Counted from the stretch's first letter, positions 1-10,571 are shown. The stretch is DNA of 64,000 nt from Gemmatimonadales bacterium (GCA_041615815.1 JBFJCP010000004.1:64001-128000); one strand, 5' to 3'. The notes: generated by a model not told the origin, from the letters alone. Numbers and translations: made by a program.

Positions 1-1019
1 TAATACCGATTCATTTCGCCGTACATGCGGGCCGCGCGTTCTCTGGCATCTGCGTCCCCAAAGATCTTCTCACCGTCGAAGCGCCCGTTCTCGATGAAGA
101 CGTTCGAGATGTTTCTCCCTTTGGTGATGCTCCCCGCCATGTAGACGCCGGGGACGTTCGTTTCGAGGGTCTCTGGTTTCAACGACGGCAGCCCGTCTTC
201 GTCGAGCTCGATCCCCACGCGCTCGAACAGCGCAAAGTCCGGGCGAAACCCTGTGAGTGCATAAACCCGGGCTGCCGGTATCCGTTCTTCCCCGCCATCC
301 GGAACGCTGACTCGTACGTGATTCGGCTCGATCGCGAGCACCTGCGCGCCGAATCGGGCGTCAATTTCCCCGGCTTTGATCCGGTTCTCGATGTCGGGTT
401 TGATCCAGTACTTGACGGAGCGGGAAAAGGCCGCGCCCCGGTAGACGAGGGTGACTCTGGCTCCGGCGCGAAACAGCTCGAGGGAAGCTTCCACCGCGGA
501 GTTCTTTCCGCCGATCACCACAACATCGAGTCCATAATCGGCATGCGCCTCGCGAAAATAGTGACTAACGTGGGGCAGGTCCTCTCCCGACACGTCGAGG
601 CGATTGGGGTGATCGAAGTATCCCGTGGCCAACACGAGGCGGGCACAATGAATGGATCTCGTGCGCTCGCGTGATGCCACCTGGCAGACGATGCCATGGT
701 CGTGGCCGGCGGCTTCGAGCAAGCGAGTATGCGTCTCGACGCGAAGCCCCTCCGTGCGGACGACTCCCCGATAGTACTTCAACGCCTCTTCTCTTGTCGG
801 CTTCGCCCCGGTGCAGACCACCGGGTGCCCGCCCACCTCGAGGCGTTCCGGTGTCGTAAAGAACACCATCCCGATGGGGTAGTGGAGAATCGAATTGCAG
901 ATCGCTCCGGCGTCGATCACCAGGGGGTCGAGGCCACGGCGGGTGGCCGAGATGGCACAGGCAATCCCGATGGGGCCAGCGCCAGCGATGACGACCGATT
1001 CAGACCGTGGGTTGGGCAT
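1..1019 (-). CDS. ypdA: YpdA/Bdr-family FAD-dependent (putative bacillithiol) disulfide reductase; 3' end at the window edge
   Basis: Not in the ORF track because it has no complete stop in the window. Manual translation from ATG 1019 gives MPNPRSESVVIAGAGPIGIACA...ICNSILHYPIGMVFFTTPERLEVGG...KPTREEALKYYRGV...GGKNSAVEA...FIENGRFDG, i.e. a GxGxxG FAD motif plus YpdA-type FFTT, PTREEAL.YY and FIENGR motifs. Confidence 0.85.
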   Translation of the reverse strand, partial: MPNPRSESVVIAGAGPIGIACAISATRRGLDPLVIDAGAICNSILHYPIGMVFFTTPERLEVGGHPVVCTGAKPTREEALKYYRGVVRTEGLRVETHTRLLEAAGHDHGIVCQVASRERTRSIHCARLVLATGYFDHPNRLDVSGEDLPHVSHYFREAHADYGLDVVVIGGKNSAVEASLELFRAGARVTLVYRGAAFSRSVKYWIKPDIENRIKAGEIDARFGAQVLAIEPNHVRVSVPDGGEERIPAARVYALTGFRPDFALFERVGIELDEDGLPSLKPETLETNVPGVYMAGSITKGRNISNVFIENGRFDGEKIFGDADARERAARMYGEMNRY

Positions 1020-1112
1020 GGGGGGGAATCTAATTCGGAGGATGGGCGCATCGGCGGGTGGAGAGGCTCGCACCCGGCGATCGTCTCGATTTGTGATGGG
1101 TGGTGGACTTGG

Positions 1113-1138
1113 GGGGGCGGGTCCGCCGACCCGCCCCC
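1113..1138. terminator. GC-rich hairpin downstream of aceA
   Basis: GGGGGCGGGTC-CGCC-GACCCGCCCCC is a perfect 11-bp stem just past the aceA stop. There is no clear U-tract. Confidence 0.45.
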
Positions 1139-1161
1139 GGGTGAGTGGCTGGGTGGGGCGA

Positions 1162-2469
1162 TCAGCTCGCCTGGCGCACTTGTTTCTGGTCTTCGGCGCC
1201 GAACTGTTCTTCTTCGGTGGATCCCGTCATCGCCAGCGTGGATGACGTGCCACCGGTAATGACCTGGGTGATATCGTCGAAGTATTTGGCGCCAACGAAC
1301 TGCTGGTGCCGCACGGCCTCGTACCCCTGTCCCTCCGACGCGAACTCGCTTTCCTGCAGGTCCGCGTAGGCGGCCATGCCACGCTTGCGGTAGTCCATGG
1401 CTAGCGTGAACATCGCATAGTTCATGGAATGAAATGCGGATAGCGTGACGAACTGGAATTTGTAGCCCATCGCGCCGAGCATGCGCTGGAAGCCCGCGAT
1501 CTCGGTGTCGCTGAGATGCATCTTCCAATTGAAAGAGGGCGAGCAGTTGTACGCTAGCAGCTTGCCTGGGTATCGCGCGTGCATGGCATCGGCAAACTGG
1601 CGTGCCTCGTCGATGTTCGGCGTTGAGGTCTCGAACCACAAGAGATCGGCGTAGGGCGCATAGGCGAGTCCACGGGCAATGGCGGCCTCGATGCCGCTGC
1701 GGACGCGGAGAAACCCTTCCGCCGTGCGCTCGCCGGTGACGAACGGCGCATCATACGGATCGATGTCGTTTGCCAGGAGGCCTGCACTGAGGGCGTCGGT
1801 GCGAGCGATCAGGATCGTGTCGATGCCGCACACATCGGCGGCTAGCCGCGCAGCCACCAGCTTCTTGATGAACTCACGCGTGGGCACCAGGACTTTCCCG
1901 CCCAGGTGGCCGCATTTCTTCAGCGAGGCGAGCTGGTCCTCGAAGTGGACGCCGGCGGCTCCCTGTTGGATCATGTGCTTCATGAGCTCGAACGCGTTCA
2001 GAACCCCGCCGAATCCGGCCTCGGCATCCGCGACAATGGGCACCATCCAGTCAATACTGTTCTGGCCCGACATGTGATGGATCTGGTCGGCGCGGAGCAG
2101 GGCGTTGTTGAGCCGCCCCACGAGATTGGGGACACTGTCCGCGGGGTACAGACTCTGGTCCGGATAGACTTCGCCGGCATCGTTCATGTCACCGGCCACC
2201 TGCCAGCCGCTGAGATAGATCGCCTTGAGCCCAGCCTTCACCTGCTGCATCGCTTGCCCGCCGGTCATGGCACTGAGGGCTGGCACGTACGGATCCGCGT
2301 GCAGCAGGTCCCAGAGTCGGGCCGCGCCGCGGCGGGCCAGAGAATGCTCCACGTGGATGGTGCCAGCGAGGCGACGCACATCGTCTGCGCTGTAAGGACG
2401 CGTGATCCCGTTCCAGCGAGGGTCCTGACTCCAGCGGTGCTCGAGTTGGTTGAAGACAGCGTGATTCAT
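1162..2469 (-). CDS. aceA: isocitrate lyase
   Basis: Motifs [29 protein letters not shown] and [11 protein letters not shown]. Start taken at MNHAVF. Confidence 0.97.
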   Translation of the reverse strand: MNHAVFNQLEHRWSQDPRWNGITRPYSADDVRRLAGTIHVEHSLARRGAARLWDLLHADPYVPALSAMTGGQAMQQVKAGLKAIYLSGWQVAGDMNDAGEVYPDQSLYPADSVPNLVGRLNNALLRADQIHHMSGQNSIDWMVPIVADAEAGFGGVLNAFELMKHMIQQGAAGVHFEDQLASLKKCGHLGGKVLVPTREFIKKLVAARLAADVCGIDTILIARTDALSAGLLANDIDPYDAPFVTGERTAEGFLRVRSGIEAAIARGLAYAPYADLLWFETSTPNIDEARQFADAMHARYPGKLLAYNCSPSFNWKMHLSDTEIAGFQRMLGAMGYKFQFVTLSAFHSMNYAMFTLAMDYRKRGMAAYADLQESEFASEGQGYEAVRHQQFVGAKYFDDITQVITGGTSSTLAMTGSTEEEQFGAEDQKQVRQAS

Positions 2470-2483
2470 CGAAATCTCATTGG

Positions 2484-4130
2484 TTAGTCGATATGCTCGT
2501 ACGCGGCCACGGTGAGCCACTCGGTGAACTCGTCGTTGGTCATCATCCGCTCGAAGAGGCCTGCGGCGAGCTTCAGCTTCCCGCGGTCTCGCCCGTTCTC
2601 GCAGAGCGTCTGCATCACTTGCCCGATGATCTGCTTGATCAATGTGGGAGTGACGGTCTGTCCATCAGTGAGCTCGGCGCCGTGCTTCACCCACTGCCAC
2701 ACCTGCGACCGAGAGATCTCCGCGGTCGCGGCGTCCTCCATCAGGTGGTAAATCGGAACGCAACCGGTTCCGCTGAGCCAGGCGGCGAGATACTGAACCC
2801 CCACATCGATGTTGTGGCGGAGCCCTTCCTCGGTCACGGCCCCGCTCGGGACACGGAGGAGATCACCCGACGTGGCAAACACGTCTTTCCGTTTCCGGTC
2901 GAGTTGGTTGGGCGTGGGCATGTAGAGGTCGAACACTTCCTTGGCCACCGCAACGAGACCTGGATGCGCCACCCACGTCCCGTCATGTCCCGCGGTCACC
3001 TCGCGCAACTTGTCCTGCCGCACTTTCTCGATCCCACGCCGGTTGGCAACGGGATCGTTCTTGACGGGAATCTGTGCCGCCATCCCCCCCATCGCGTGGA
3101 TACCCCGGCGGTGGCAAGTCCGGATCAACAATTCGACGTACGCGTTGAGGAAGTGCCGGTCCATCGTGACCTGTCCACGGTCGGGGAGCATGAACTTGGA
3201 ACGAGCACGGAATTTCTTGATGAAGCTGAAGATGTAGTCCCACCGTCCACAGTTCAGGCCTGCCGAATGATCCCGCAGCTCCCAGAGGATCTCATCCATC
3301 TCGAACGCTGCCAAGATGTTCTCGATGAGCACGGTGGCTCGGATCGTTCCCCGCCGGAGACCGAGGTGATCTTGGGCGGCATTGAAGACGTCGTTCCACA
3401 GCCGGGCTTCGAGATGCGATTCGAGTTTGGGGAGGTAGAAGTACGGACCGCCTCCACGCTCGGTCAGCGCCACGGCGTTGTGGAAAAAGAAAAGGCCGAA
3501 GTCGAATAGCGACCCCGAAACCGGCGATCCGTCCACGAGGAGGTGCCGTTCATGGAGATGCCAGCCCCGGGGTCGCACGAACAAGGTGGCGAGTTGGTCC
3601 CCAAGCTGATAATGCTTGCCGCTCGGATTGGTGTAGGTGATGGTGCCGCGGACGGCGTCTCGGAGATTGCGCTGTCCATCCACGTTGTTGGCCCAGGTAG
3701 GACTGTTGGAGTCCTCGAAATCGGCCATGTAGACATTCGCCCCCGAGTTGAGGGCGTTGATGACCATCTTACGATCCACCGGGCCCGTGATCTCGACCCG
3801 GCGATCTTCCAGATCGTGGGGGATGGGCGCGACGGTCCACTCACTCTCCCGGATCTCTCTCGTTTCGTTCAGAAAATCCGGCATGACGCCGGCGTCCAAT
3901 TGCTCCTGGACCTCCGCCCGCCGTGCGAGGATTTGCTGGCGCCGGGACTCGAAGGTGCGATGAAGTTCAGCGATGAAGGCCAGAGCCCCTGGGGTAAGGA
4001 TGTCCGCCCACTCGTCGGCCACCGGAGCCGTAACCGTGACTCCCAGGGGCTTGATCTGCGCCGGGTCGAACCGGCCGATGCCGGGTGTCCGTGCCGAGTG
4101 CGTGTCCCTCACGCTGGGGTCAGCGCGCAT
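2484..4130 (-). CDS. aceB: malate synthase A
   Basis: Motifs [34 protein letters not shown] and [20 protein letters not shown] lies upstream of ATG 4130. Adjacent to aceA. Confidence 0.97.
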   Translation of the reverse strand: MRADPSVRDTHSARTPGIGRFDPAQIKPLGVTVTAPVADEWADILTPGALAFIAELHRTFESRRQQILARRAEVQEQLDAGVMPDFLNETREIRESEWTVAPIPHDLEDRRVEITGPVDRKMVINALNSGANVYMADFEDSNSPTWANNVDGQRNLRDAVRGTITYTNPSGKHYQLGDQLATLFVRPRGWHLHERHLLVDGSPVSGSLFDFGLFFFHNAVALTERGGGPYFYLPKLESHLEARLWNDVFNAAQDHLGLRRGTIRATVLIENILAAFEMDEILWELRDHSAGLNCGRWDYIFSFIKKFRARSKFMLPDRGQVTMDRHFLNAYVELLIRTCHRRGIHAMGGMAAQIPVKNDPVANRRGIEKVRQDKLREVTAGHDGTWVAHPGLVAVAKEVFDLYMPTPNQLDRKRKDVFATSGDLLRVPSGAVTEEGLRHNIDVGVQYLAAWLSGTGCVPIYHLMEDAATAEISRSQVWQWVKHGAELTDGQTVTPTLIKQIIGQVMQTLCENGRDRGKLKLAAGLFERMMTNDEFTEWLTVAAYEHID

Positions 4131-4204
4131 GACCATCTCCTGAATCGGGTTCGCTGCTCCCGCTCCCGCACCCAAAGGGGGGGTGGCTTTGCAGGTTCCC
4201 CAGG

Positions 4205-4219
4205 GCAAATGGCATGCCT
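4205..4219 (-). promoter_or_regulatory. putative sigma-54 (-24/-12) promoter of aceB-aceA
   Basis: The minus strand reads AGGCATGCCATTTGC (GG-N10-GC with GGCA and TTGC), about 75 nt upstream of the aceB start. Confidence 0.4.
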
Positions 4220-4492
4220 GCAACAGGGCCGTGAAAAAGGACCTGAGTAAGGGGGCAAGCGTTGCATGCTCGCAACGGTTTCAGAGCAAGAGCGGCACGG
4301 GGATTCGGGGGGAAAGGTGCGACAGGGGGAGCTGCAGATCGGCCGGGAGGGGCGGGAGGGGCTGGGGAAGCGGGATTGGCAATGAACGCAGAAGCGGTAG
4401 TGGCACGAGCGCATGCTCTGCCTCCTCAGCCTCTTTTGCCCATGCTGCCTCCTCTACCCCTCCTGTCCTCTCTGCTTCCGGTCCTTCTCGTC

Positions 4493-4966
4493 CTACACCA
4501 CGTTCTGCACCGCGAAGCGAAGCACCTTGGGCTTCACGAGGCGCTCGAAGTCCCGATACGCCAGTCGGATGAGTTCGGTGTGGGAACCGGCATTGAAGGC
4601 GATTTCCTCATCCTCCGCCAGGCTCGCCGCGACATAGACATTCAGGTCATAGAGGTTCCCGAAGGGCGGCATGGCGCCCAGCTCGCAGTCGGGGAACAGG
4701 TCCTTGAACTCCGTCTCGGTGGCGAGTTGAACCTTGACGTTGCCCAACACGCCTTTCAGCTGGTCGAAGTCGACGTGGAAGGAAGCCGGCAGTACGGCCA
4801 TCGACATTTTGCCGTCGACTTTGATCATCACCGTCTTTGCCAACTCCCGTCCGGATACATGGGCCGACGCGGCGATCTCTTGAGCCGTATACGCCGGAGA
4901 GTGCCGCATCGTCACGTACTTGATGTGGTTCTCGTCGAGGAACTGCTTGAGCTTGGCGAGGGGCAT
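4493..4966 (-). CDS. YbaK/EbsC (ProX-like) aminoacyl-tRNA deacylase family protein
   Basis: Motifs HSPAYTAQEIA, LAKTV, CELGAMPPFG and AFNAGSH. AAGGAGG RBS before MPLAKLK. Confidence 0.9.
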   Translation of the reverse strand: MPLAKLKQFLDENHIKYVTMRHSPAYTAQEIAASAHVSGRELAKTVMIKVDGKMSMAVLPASFHVDFDQLKGVLGNVKVQLATETEFKDLFPDCELGAMPPFGNLYDLNVYVAASLAEDEEIAFNAGSHTELIRLAYRDFERLVKPKVLRFAVQNVV

Positions 4967-5213
4967 CGTGACCTCCTTCATCCCGAGGGTTCCGTCGACT
5001 CCCGCGACGGCCGGGCGGTTCTTCTAGCGTACGCTGGCCGGACGCGCACGGCCAGGGGGGCATTTCGAAGGCTAGCAGGTAGGTCGTGAAGCCCTCGTGA
5101 AGGCCGCGCGAGGTGTGGCCGACACGCGTGATGCGGTCAGCGAAACCGGAGGCGTCCCCGGAGAGCCCTGAAGACGAGCATCCCGGCGAGTACGGTGCGC
5201 GGCGCACGATGAT

Positions 5214-6092
5214 TCATGGGGCTCGGTGGTCGATGCCAGCTCGCTCGCAAGGAGGGCTCGTCTGAGCATTCGCGAGATAATCGGCCGTGTTCCGAGCACG
5301 GCGGGCCCAAAAGTCCGCCACTGGTCCCAGCCAGCCATTCAGACGGCGATGCGCTTCTGCCGCCTCCCGCGCATACTCGGCTAACCAACGGACGAGTCGT
5401 CCCGGATCCTGCGAGGCCATTGCGTGGAGTGCGTATCGACGCTCGCCCGCCCGCAGCCCCACGCCGAGGTCGCGCGCTGCGCGGCCGACGTCAGAGCGGG
5501 TCAGGATGAGACCGCTTCGTACCGGAGTCAGCATGGTCACCAGGACGTCAGGACGGGCACCCGCGGCGTCCCAGGCCGGGGGCGCACTTCGGAGGTGAAG
5601 CGGCAACGACCCGGAGTATGGCATGTCCCAGGCCTCCCGTTCGAGCACTTCTCGCACGAGCCCGCCCCAGGCAACGTAGGCTGGCGGGCCAGTCTGCTGG
5701 AGTTTGTCGAGGAAGATGGGAACCCAGCTCAGAAGGTGCTCCCACAGCAGGGCGGCGCGGGGCCGGCGGAAGACGGCTGCGCGCTCGGGCGGTGCCTTGC
5801 GCTCGAGGTCGGCGAGGTGGGCGTAGAGGCTCAGGAGGACGGCCAAGTGGTCGGGTTCCGCTGGCGGTGGCTCACCCAGGGCGCGCCAGAATCCGGCGAT
5901 GCGGTCTCGGGCCTCCCCTCCCAGCATGCCTTCGTCGCCGAGGTATACGGACGCGAACGGATAGAGCTCGAACAGAAACAGCCGCGTGTACTCCTCGCTC
6001 GAGGGAACGGGAAGCTCGAGAAGCGCGGCGAGCCGCGCGGTCTCGGGGTGTGGTGGTTCGGCGAGCGCGCCGAGGGCGCGAAGGAGCTCCAT
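5214..6092 (-). CDS. TorD/DmsD-family molybdoenzyme maturation chaperone
   Basis: Motifs YPFASVY, EPDHLAVLL and EHLLSWVP. The start MELLRAL overlaps the stop of the upstream molybdoenzyme gene (TAATG). Confidence 0.85.
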   Translation of the reverse strand: MELLRALGALAEPPHPETARLAALLELPVPSSEEYTRLFLFELYPFASVYLGDEGMLGGEARDRIAGFWRALGEPPPAEPDHLAVLLSLYAHLADLERKAPPERAAVFRRPRAALLWEHLLSWVPIFLDKLQQTGPPAYVAWGGLVREVLEREAWDMPYSGSLPLHLRSAPPAWDAAGARPDVLVTMLTPVRSGLILTRSDVGRAARDLGVGLRAGERRYALHAMASQDPGRLVRWLAEYAREAAEAHRRLNGWLGPVADFWARRARNTADYLANAQTSPPCERAGIDHRAP

Positions 6093-8998
6093 TATCTGGT
6101 GACGGGTTCGGGGAGCCGAAAATGCTCCTTGGGTGGTTTCAGGGGGCGCAGCAGCCAGAACGGTCGCCGGGTTCGGTCTGGCGAATAGCGGTGAGCCGGT
6201 CGTGTCTTTTGAAGCCACTGTTGGTACACGATCCGGGCTTTTTCGGTGTCGACGGAAATGTCGCCGTAGGCATCATCGGGCTCCGCGCGTCGCACCCGCA
6301 CTGCCTGATGCCAGCAGTGCTGGCCGGAAATCGGATCCGGATGCACGGGGAAGGTCATGTTTTGGTGCACGCCGGCGTCCGTCCACCAGATCCGGCCCGT
6401 GTCGGGATCGGTAGACGGATACGGTTCCACATTCGTCCTGCGTGCGAGATCCCACGTCGAGCCTCGTTGCTGCAAGGCAACCGTGGCCATGAGCTGACGC
6501 TGGCCGTTGTCGCCCACCTTCCAGCGGCCCATGTGGTGACTGCAGGCCACCACGCCCGGTCGGATCCCTTCCGTCACCCACGCTTTCACCACAAAGTAGC
6601 CGATCTCCGTTTCCACCCGGACCAGTTGTGCGGTGCGGACACCGACTCGCGCTGCGTCCACGGGATGAATCCACAGGGGATTCGTGTGGGCGATCTCATC
6701 GAGCCACTTCGCGTTCGCGCTTCGGGTATGGATGTGCACGGGGAGCCGAAAGGTGGAGATGAGCGGCATCTGCCCGTCTTCGAGCTTGTCGGGATGCACG
6801 TGGCTCGGGAGGTAGGTGGGGACCGTGCATTCCGTCCAGCCCCACCTCGCGAGCGTTCGCGAGTAGAACTCCAGGCGCCCACTAGGCGTGGGAAATCCCC
6901 GGAGGATCTTTCCGTCAATGCGCACGCCAACGGCGCGACGTCCCTCGGCGTCGGGGTCGGGGCTCGGTTGGGGAACGACATTGGGTGACGGGTCTTTGGG
7001 TGCCCTGGTGTATACGCGTCCCAAGTGGTCCTCACCGATGTCCTGCAGGTCGTCGGGAGGAACTTCCTGTGCGTAGATGGGCCCGATCGTCCGCTCGATC
7101 TCGAATGCGCCGTAGCGCCGCATGTACTGGAGCGGTGTGAGTCCTTCGGCTGAAGCCCGTTCGGGCAGTCCGGGAACCGAGTGTTCGAATGCGTAGGCGT
7201 AGTACTCATCCACGGTGAGCTTCTCGCCCGGTGCCTTCTTCGATTCCACATACTTCCGAATTCCCAGTTGGCCGTCCGGATCGATTCGCCATGTGAGGTC
7301 CATCCAGAACTCGTTTTCCTCCCACACTTCTCCGGGGTTCACCTCGCGGGTATCCCGCACCGGCTGATTCATTCGGACGCGTGCGGCCCGGAGTACGGGT
7401 TGGCGAAAGCCGATCCACTGGGCGTCATGCGTTTCGTACGAGTGGAGGTCGTGTCGTTCCGAGCTGTGGCCCATGGGTAGCACGTAATCGGCGAAATACG
7501 CCGTCTCGTTCCACGTGGGTGTGAGGGCGACATGGAGTCCAACGAGCTGTTCGTCTGTGAGGACCTCGATCCAGGAGAAGCCATCGGGGTTGGTCCACAC
7601 GGGGTTGTAGACCCGCGTGAAGTACACGTCGATCCGTCCCCGCCCATCCTTGAGGAAGTGCGGAAGCAGGAACGACAGCTCGTTCATGGCGAGTGGGTAT
7701 TCGAGGGGCCAGGTGAGCTCGTTCCATCGGGGTGGATGCGGCGGCGTGTAGATCGGCCTGGGCACGAACTTGTTCCAGGCATTGGGATAGGTACCGCCCG
7801 GGACGGCGACGGCACCCATTAGAGCATTGAGGAAAAAGAGTGAGCGCGAGACTTGCCAGCCGCCTTCATTACCGGCGGCGGCGCTCCGCCAGTTGTGCGT
7901 GGAGAGCCGGGTCCCGGCGGTCGAGACCACCCGGGCAATCTCCGCGATCGTCTCCGCATCCACGCCGGATTCCCGTGCGGCGAAGTCGAAGGTGTACGAG
8001 CGGTAGCGGTCTTTGAGCGCGCGCTCGAAGTTTTCAAACGTTGGTACGAGATCGGATCGTTCAGCCTCCAGATATTCCTGCCAGTTGAACCACCGGCGCA
8101 CGAACTCCCGATTGTAGAGATTGTGTTGAATGAGGTAATTGGCGACCGCTAAGAGGATCGCGGCCTCCGATCCCGGATACGAGGAGACCCAGTGGTCGGC
8201 GTGGGTCGCCGTGTTGGATAGACGCGTATCGAAGACGATGAGTTTGGCCCCGTTCTGCTTGGCGTCGATCACGCGCTGGGCATGCGGGTTGAAGTAATGA
8301 CCGGTCTCCAGATGGGCTGAGACCAGCAGGATGACCCGCGCGTTGGCGTGATCCGGACTCGGTCGGTCGTAACCCATCCAATACTGATAGCCGGCGCGGC
8401 CGCCCGACGAGCAGACGTTGGTGTGCGAGTTGTGACCGTCCACGCCCCAGGCGGCGAGGATCCTTTCAGTGAAGCCGTCCTCTCCCGGCCTTCCCACGTG
8501 ATACATGACTTCGTTGTGACGGTTTTCGGCGATGGCCCTCCCAATGCGGCGCGCGATGTCGCTCAGCGCCTCCTCCCAGCTCACCTGGACCCACGAGCCT
8601 TCCCCCCGAGCACCCGCCCGTTTGAGCGGATAGAGAATGCGATCGGGATCGGTGACCTGATTGATCGTCGCCGGTCCCTTGGCGCAGTTCCGTCCTCTGG
8701 AGCCTGGGTGCTCCGGGTTCCCCTCGAACTTGCGAACCTGGTGCGTTGCTTGGTCGACGTATGCCAGCAGCCCGCAGGCGGATTCACAGTTGAAGCAGGT
8801 GGTGGGCACGAGCATGTACCGATGTTCCCGCCGCTCCGGCCAGGCACGCGAGTCGAGTTCGACCCAGTGGTCCCATCGCTCTTTGGGTGGGTACGCCGCG
8901 AGGTGGATGCGGCTCGGACCGGGGTAGAACGTCTCGCCGCGGGCTTCCGTGGCCGCTCGGGCAGCGCTGAGGCGTCGGTTCAGTTCGTCGAGCGTCAT
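6092..8998 (-). CDS. DMSO-reductase-family (Mo-bisPGD) oxidoreductase catalytic subunit, Psr/Phs/Soe/Arr-like, with no Tat signal
   Basis: N-terminal FS0 motif CFNCESAC...NCAKG, DPDRILYPLKR, putative Mo-ligand segment SHTNVCSS, ETAYFADYVLP, and a C-terminal MopB_CT-like region (LWIHPVDA...TEGIRPGVV). Confidence 0.9.
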   Translation of the reverse strand: MTLDELNRRLSAARAATEARGETFYPGPSRIHLAAYPPKERWDHWVELDSRAWPERREHRYMLVPTTCFNCESACGLLAYVDQATHQVRKFEGNPEHPGSRGRNCAKGPATINQVTDPDRILYPLKRAGARGEGSWVQVSWEEALSDIARRIGRAIAENRHNEVMYHVGRPGEDGFTERILAAWGVDGHNSHTNVCSSGGRAGYQYWMGYDRPSPDHANARVILLVSAHLETGHYFNPHAQRVIDAKQNGAKLIVFDTRLSNTATHADHWVSSYPGSEAAILLAVANYLIQHNLYNREFVRRWFNWQEYLEAERSDLVPTFENFERALKDRYRSYTFDFAARESGVDAETIAEIARVVSTAGTRLSTHNWRSAAAGNEGGWQVSRSLFFLNALMGAVAVPGGTYPNAWNKFVPRPIYTPPHPPRWNELTWPLEYPLAMNELSFLLPHFLKDGRGRIDVYFTRVYNPVWTNPDGFSWIEVLTDEQLVGLHVALTPTWNETAYFADYVLPMGHSSERHDLHSYETHDAQWIGFRQPVLRAARVRMNQPVRDTREVNPGEVWEENEFWMDLTWRIDPDGQLGIRKYVESKKAPGEKLTVDEYYAYAFEHSVPGLPERASAEGLTPLQYMRRYGAFEIERTIGPIYAQEVPPDDLQDIGEDHLGRVYTRAPKDPSPNVVPQPSPDPDAEGRRAVGVRIDGKILRGFPTPSGRLEFYSRTLARWGWTECTVPTYLPSHVHPDKLEDGQMPLISTFRLPVHIHTRSANAKWLDEIAHTNPLWIHPVDAARVGVRTAQLVRVETEIGYFVVKAWVTEGIRPGVVACSHHMGRWKVGDNGQRQLMATVALQQRGSTWDLARRTNVEPYPSTDPDTGRIWWTDAGVHQNMTFPVHPDPISGQHCWHQAVRVRRAEPDDAYGDISVDTEKARIVYQQWLQKTRPAHRYSPDRTRRPFWLLRPLKPPKEHFRLPEPVTR

Positions 8999-9008
8999 CG
9001 TCTATTCC

Positions 9009-10571
9009 TCAGGCCAGCGGCACGGACTGTCCAGCCTGCACGTAGGCGTGTTCGTGGGCCAGGAGGCCGGCGAGTGCCAGCGGAACCGCGGCGACGCCGA
9101 TCCAGGGAGCCGCGGCCCCGCCGAGGACGAGCACCGCCCCGACCCAGAAGAACATGCGGTAGCGACCATTGGTCATTTCCCAGCTCGCCAGCCGTGCGTG
9201 TGCCGTGGGGTGGGTGAGGCTGGCTTCCCCGGCCACCATGAGCAGGTGCACGACACTGCTGCCGGACAGGAGCCAGGTCACGGCGTTCACCGCGGTTGGC
9301 TCGAACTGCGCCGCCAAGGGAAGAAGCGTGGCGGATCCGGCGAGGACGGCTTGGACGAGGAGGTGTGGTGGAAGGAGCGGGTTTTGCCACAGGTCCCGGG
9401 CTTTGGCCTGTGCGAACAGGTAGGCCGTGTAGACCGCCGTGAGCGCTCCCAATGGGAATCCGGCGATGATGAGCCACGTCTGCCATTCACTCTCGCCGGC
9501 GAGCGTGGCCAGGAAGTGGAGTGCAAGGACTAGCGAGTACCCACCGATGATGTAGGCGCCCTTGACCAACCAGCTCGACCGTTGTGAGTGGGTGAAGATG
9601 AGATGGAAGCGCTCGGGGTGTTCCAGGTCCCAGAGAAGCAACGCGCCCGTGGCGGCCAGAAAGATGCCGCCCAGCACTGGTGCCGCCCACTGCCACAGGG
9701 GACTCGCGCTTCCAATCACCCCCAGCGCCAAGAGGAGCGCAGGAATCAGATAGGCCCCGGCGGCGATGCCTTTGGTCCAGGTGTAGAGGCTGACGCGCCA
9801 ATCCCACGGTGCTTGGTGCGGCACGTCGTAGGATAGGATGGCGGCGGCGGAGCTGTTGGCCGGTCCCGGATGCCCCGACACCACGTTGTTGCTGCCGTGC
9901 CCTCGTTCGCTCCACATGAAGAGGCCGCCCTCGGGCCGCGTTGCCGCGATCGGATCGAGGGTGGCTTGGTGGGCGCCTTTATAGAACAGTTTGGGCCGTG
10001 TCTCTTTTTCCGGTCGCCTGACGGTCACGACATCCCGTTTGACGTAGTGCGACACGGGAGAGCCCGGGTCGTTCAGGTCGCCCACCAGGATCGCTTCGGT
10101 GGGGCAGACGACGACGCAGGCCGGCTCCAGTCCCATGTCAAGCCGATGTGCGCAGAAGTTGCACTTTTCGGCTGCGTGGTCGGCTGGATTGATGAAGATG
10201 GCGTCGTAGGGACATGCCGCAATGCACGCCTTGCAGCCGATGCAGATGGCCTTGTGGAAGTCGACGATGCCGTCGGGCCGCCGATACATGGCGGCGGTGG
10301 GGCAGGCGATGACGCATGGAGGGTCATCGCATTGGTTACAGCGGGTCACCTGAAAAGCCCGCCGCACGTTGGGATACGTCCCGATGTCGACGTACTTCAC
10401 GTAGGTCCGATTGACGGAGAGTGGGACTTCGTTCTCCGACTTGCAGGCGGTGCTACAGGCGTGACAGCCGATGCAGCGGCTGTGATCGATGACCTTCGCC
10501 CATTGGGGGGGGAGGGTTTCGAGTCGCGGTGGTGCCGCCCAGTTCGTCGGCGCCTGCGGTGCAGCCGTCAT
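9009..10571 (-). CDS. fused 4x[4Fe-4S] ferredoxin (PsrB/NrfC-like) and NrfD/PsrC-like membrane anchor
   Basis: Four Cys clusters (CIGCHACSTAC, CNQCDDPPCVIACP, CIGCKACIAACP, CNFC...ACVVVCP), then a multi-TM domain with NrfD-type DLEHPERF and SSWLVKG. GGAGAG RBS before MTAAPQ. Confidence 0.9.
   Translation of the reverse strand: MTAAPQAPTNWAAPPRLETLPPQWAKVIDHSRCIGCHACSTACKSENEVPLSVNRTYVKYVDIGTYPNVRRAFQVTRCNQCDDPPCVIACPTAAMYRRPDGIVDFHKAICIGCKACIAACPYDAIFINPADHAAEKCNFCAHRLDMGLEPACVVVCPTEAILVGDLNDPGSPVSHYVKRDVVTVRRPEKETRPKLFYKGAHQATLDPIAATRPEGGLFMWSERGHGSNNVVSGHPGPANSSAAAILSYDVPHQAPWDWRVSLYTWTKGIAAGAYLIPALLLALGVIGSASPLWQWAAPVLGGIFLAATGALLLWDLEHPERFHLIFTHSQRSSWLVKGAYIIGGYSLVLALHFLATLAGESEWQTWLIIAGFPLGALTAVYTAYLFAQAKARDLWQNPLLPPHLLVQAVLAGSATLLPLAAQFEPTAVNAVTWLLSGSSVVHLLMVAGEASLTHPTAHARLASWEMTNGRYRMFFWVGAVLVLGGAAAPWIGVAAVPLALAGLLAHEHAYVQAGQSVPLA

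Noticed and set aside
6092..8998. Formate dehydrogenase or a selenocysteine-containing enzyme
   Set aside because: The ORF has no in-frame TGA, it lacks the FDH C/U-H active-site motif, and its partner is NrfD-type rather than FdnI.
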